Shown here: positions 61,362 through 64,000 of the stretch, one piece after another
How the letters are laid out: every line of letters starts with the position of its first letter
Numbering within the stretch: the stretch's first letter is position 1
Source: Gemmatimonadales bacterium
Lineage (GTDB): Bacteria > Gemmatimonadota > Gemmatimonadetes > Gemmatimonadales > GWC2-71-9
NCBI GenBank assembly: GCA_041615815.1
Contig: JBFJCP010000002.1
Span: 128,001-192,000 of the forward strand
DNA: 64,000 nucleotides
Direction: 5' to 3'
Position numbers and translations under genes: made by a program
The notes under the pieces: generated by a model
Told to the model about the DNA's origin: nothing
Database searches by the model: none
The model's input: the letters and a program-made list of their open reading frames with translations, nothing else

Positions 61362-62420
61362 CTAGCTCTGCCTGCACCAATTCCCAAGCTCTCGCTTCAC
61401 CCTTCGCTCATCATTGATGATCTCATAAAACTCGTCGTAGTACGCCAGCGACCGCTCGAGCACCGCCGGTTCGAGCTCTTTCTGCTGTCGGTACAGATCG
61501 TAGATTGCCTCACGAAGTTCGTTGAAGACCTTAAACGCTCCCGGAAGAAACTCCTCGAAGACGCAGAGCCCACGATACCGACGGTCGCGTACCGTCCAGA
61601 TCCCCAGTTGCTTCCGCCGGTGCGGCTGATAGACGCTGTTGGCGTAGCGGGTTTCGATGACGCCTGCGAGATCGAAATCGTACGGCACCGCGTAGACGGG
61701 CCCGTCCATCGTGCCAAGGGGCTTCGTGTTGTGACAACACGTTCGTCGGTCTTCTTCCCGGACGAATGCGGACCAGTCGGTGTTGCCAATCATGAACTGG
61801 AAAACGCTGAGGAGGGCGATCTGCTCCGGATCGGCAAACTCGGGGGGCAGGGACGGAATCGCCAAGGATTCGAGCCCGTGTCTCGTAGCCAACATATCGT
61901 CGTCCTCAATCACAAACGCAAAGCGCGTAATCGGATCTCGGTCGCTCTCGGTATTTACATATGTGACGTGGAGGAGACGAACGCGGAAACTCACGTCATG
62001 CAGGAGATTGTAGGCCCGATAGAGCAAATACTCTTGCAGCACATACTGCTCGTACTCACGCCGTCCATCCCGGCAGTGTGTGACCAGCTTGAGCTTGTCC
62101 TGTCCGGCGAAGATCGTCCCCTCCACCTGACCCTTTCTCAGGTTCAGCCTGATCGGGGGGAACCCGCAGACGTTGCGCTGAAGTCGGGTGGTACCCCTCG
62201 TGCGGACTTTGACGTCAAACGTGTCTGGATTATCGCCGAGGGTGAGGATCACTCGCGCCGGATGCTCCGAACTCTCCTGGCTTCGATCGCGGAAGATGGT
62301 CTTGAGCGGTGCCTCGAGGACGAGCTGGATGGGGCGGGTGGCAGCAAACAGCGGTGACGGCGGGTCCTCTGGCGGAGCGGACCACAGGAAAACTGCTGCG
62401 AGCGGGAAGGCAAGTTGCAT
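61362..62420 (-). CDS. exported hypothetical protein with CotH-like atypical kinase motifs
   Basis: Signal-like N-terminus; VRTRG, KLKLVTHC, EYLLYRAY, MIGNTDW, HN, PYDFD. Confidence 0.75.
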   Translation of the reverse strand: MQLAFPLAAVFLWSAPPEDPPSPLFAATRPIQLVLEAPLKTIFRDRSQESSEHPARVILTLGDNPDTFDVKVRTRGTTRLQRNVCGFPPIRLNLRKGQVEGTIFAGQDKLKLVTHCRDGRREYEQYVLQEYLLYRAYNLLHDVSFRVRLLHVTYVNTESDRDPITRFAFVIEDDDMLATRHGLESLAIPSLPPEFADPEQIALLSVFQFMIGNTDWSAFVREEDRRTCCHNTKPLGTMDGPVYAVPYDFDLAGVIETRYANSVYQPHRRKQLGIWTVRDRRYRGLCVFEEFLPGAFKVFNELREAIYDLYRQQKELEPAVLERSLAYYDEFYEIINDERRVKRELGNWCRQS

Positions 62421-62717
62421 ACTCCCCCCCGGCGCTGAACAAGCCACCCACTTCCTGCTGCTGCAATCTATCTCACCGGCGACCTGGGAGCCAGATCGAC
62501 CAGTGGATCGTCGTGCGCGCGTCGCCCCTTGCTCAATCCGCCACCGGGGCCTGCGCCGTATCTGGAGTTGGGGCGGTGCCGTTAGGATGCCGTAAGGCTA
62601 ATAGATAGTGGAGGTTAAGAGCTAGAGGCAGGAGGTGGGTGTCGCTGCGTGCTTGCAGCTGCGGCGACCCGCCGGGTCGCGCCGCCGATGTCCACCCCTC
62701 TCGTGCCCTCAAACCTG

Positions 62718-64000
62718 CTAGCCCCGCTCTGCGGTCTCCGTCTTCTCCCGATCCCGCTTCTTCCGCAACACCTCGGTCCATACGGTTCGATCCAGCGTGG
62801 ATGCGTGGAGTGGGTTGAACAGTAGCTTGAACGTGTTATGCGATTGGGCCCGGAAATGGGGCTCGAACGCCAACAGCACCACCTGCCCGGCACCCACCGG
62901 CACGCGGAGCGCCGCCGATTGGCCCGCCAAGTAGCGCTCGCCCCCCAACACCCAGCCGCTCGCCAAGAAATCGTCCTCGGCAAACGTGCCGTAGGAGACG
63001 ATCTCGCGTTCGATTTTCTGTTCACCCTCTTCAGCCCCGGGGATGATCTCGAGCACCTGGCTGTGTACGAAGAATGCGATCGCCTGGGCGGCCAAGCCAA
63101 ATGCCAGAGGATCGGTGGGGTCGGTCTCGAGTCGAATGAGCGATCCTGGAACGAAAAACTCGTCGGATCGCAGGTCGCGCACTCGGTTCCGGACCGGTAG
63201 TCCGAACTGGTCGATCGCAAAGTCCACCGCGTGATCGACGGCTAGCAGCCAGCCCCCCCCTTCCACGAAGCGTTTGAGGGCCAGCGAGCCCTCGAGACCA
63301 AGGCCGCCCGTATACTCCTCTGGCATCGTGCCTGCGAGATGTCCGTGTAGGATGTGCTGGGCATCTTGGTCCGGTAGGATGATGACGTCGAACCTACTCA
63401 AGTCCGCCGTGCGAATATCCAAGTCCCGCAAGTTCTCGAATTCGAAGTCGTATTGTTCGAGGAGCCAACGCGTCCATCCTTCCGGCATGTTGGCGCGCCA
63501 ACTCCGATACAGTCCTATCGTGGGCGCGCGTACTCGAGCGAGTGCGACATCGGGCATCGCATTGAGCGCCCGAACCTCGAGACCATGCTCCTCCGCGATG
63601 GCCCGCACCAGCTCGGTATCCACGTCGCTGACAACAATGGTGCCCGCCGGCCACGTCACATTTCCGATCTCGAACGTGTCCAACGTCCACGCCACGACGG
63701 CCCCCTGGCCCAGCAGCCGATTGGTAGCGCGAGCACTCGCATTCGGTTCGTGGGAAATCAGGAAAGCCGTGGAGCCTCTTCCGCGAATGTTTCCACTCGG
63801 GACGCTGATCGCTTCTGGCGCACCCACCGGTTCGCCTGACCACTCGAACGGCTCGGTGATTCGATCCACCTGCACGCCCATCACGAGGGGAAGCTCGTAT
63901 CCCGTCATGTCGTAGGGTGGATCGGGAGGCCCACCGGGATATTGCAGAATCTCCGGGTAGTCCTTCGTGTCCATGAGATCCACGAGGAACGGTCGGAAGG
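62718..64000 (-). CDS. C-terminal part of an M14 zinc-carboxypeptidase-like protein with GATase-like domain; 5' end outside the window
   Basis: PYDMTGYELP, MPEGWTRWLLEQY, FDVIILPD, LKRFVEGGG, PHFRAQ..TFKLLFN; frame open to the window edge; catalytic domain not visible. Confidence 0.8.
   Translation of the reverse strand, partial: FRPFLVDLMDTKDYPEILQYPGGPPDPPYDMTGYELPLVMGVQVDRITEPFEWSGEPVGAPEAISVPSGNIRGRGSTAFLISHEPNASARATNRLLGQGAVVAWTLDTFEIGNVTWPAGTIVVSDVDTELVRAIAEEHGLEVRALNAMPDVALARVRAPTIGLYRSWRANMPEGWTRWLLEQYDFEFENLRDLDIRTADLSRFDVIILPDQDAQHILHGHLAGTMPEEYTGGLGLEGSLALKRFVEGGGWLLAVDHAVDFAIDQFGLPVRNRVRDLRSDEFFVPGSLIRLETDPTDPLAFGLAAQAIAFFVHSQVLEIIPGAEEGEQKIEREIVSYGTFAEDDFLASGWVLGGERYLAGQSAALRVPVGAGQVVLLAFEPHFRAQSHNTFKLLFNPLHASTLDRTVWTEVLRKKRDREKTETAERG

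Noticed and set aside
61340..62716. Short similar or inverted segments (ACCCRCCTCCT..AGCTCT, CCCTCAAACCT) flanking the CotH-like gene as mobile-element ends
   Set aside because: Short, gapped and low-complexity, with no transposase or target-site duplication
1..64000. CRISPR array, tRNA/rRNA, IS, prophage, defence system, selenocysteine or pyrrolysine read-through
   Set aside because: By eye I found no spaced repeat arrays, RNA gene signatures, mobile or defence gene motifs, or recognisable genes split by an in-frame stop

Overview
GC-rich bacterial chromosomal window with about 47 genes. The gene repertoire suggests Gemmatimonadota, inferred from gene content only: SusC/SusD-like pair, barrel-less plug protein, 6-bladed propeller protein, TPR Ser/Thr kinase, PD40-amidohydrolase, LVIVD protein. 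It carries an RND efflux operon (adaptor-TolC-permease, the permease running off the left edge and absent from the ORF track), PBP1B, GH15, many peptidases and amidohydrolases (M14, M19, M20, EcxA-like metalloprotease, CPBP), a ZIP transporter, c-type cytochromes and several small orphans. I see no rRNA, tRNA, CRISPR array, transposase, integrase or phage genes, and no single clearly novel multi-gene system. The best leads are: a tandem pair of small helical paralogs behind a PP2C phosphatase; a cytoplasmic ThiY/THI5 intermediate coupled to a membrane alpha/beta hydrolase; a secreted CotH-like kinase-fold protein; a secreted stand-alone copy of the kinase's TPR ectodomain; three sigma-54-type promoters ahead of orphan genes; a (D/E)RR-repeat zinc-ribbon protein; a CGNR regulator with a readable promoter and operator; and a 19-codon ORF doubly coupled inside the efflux operon. 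Start codons were adjusted by eye and all family calls come from motif recognition, not database searches.
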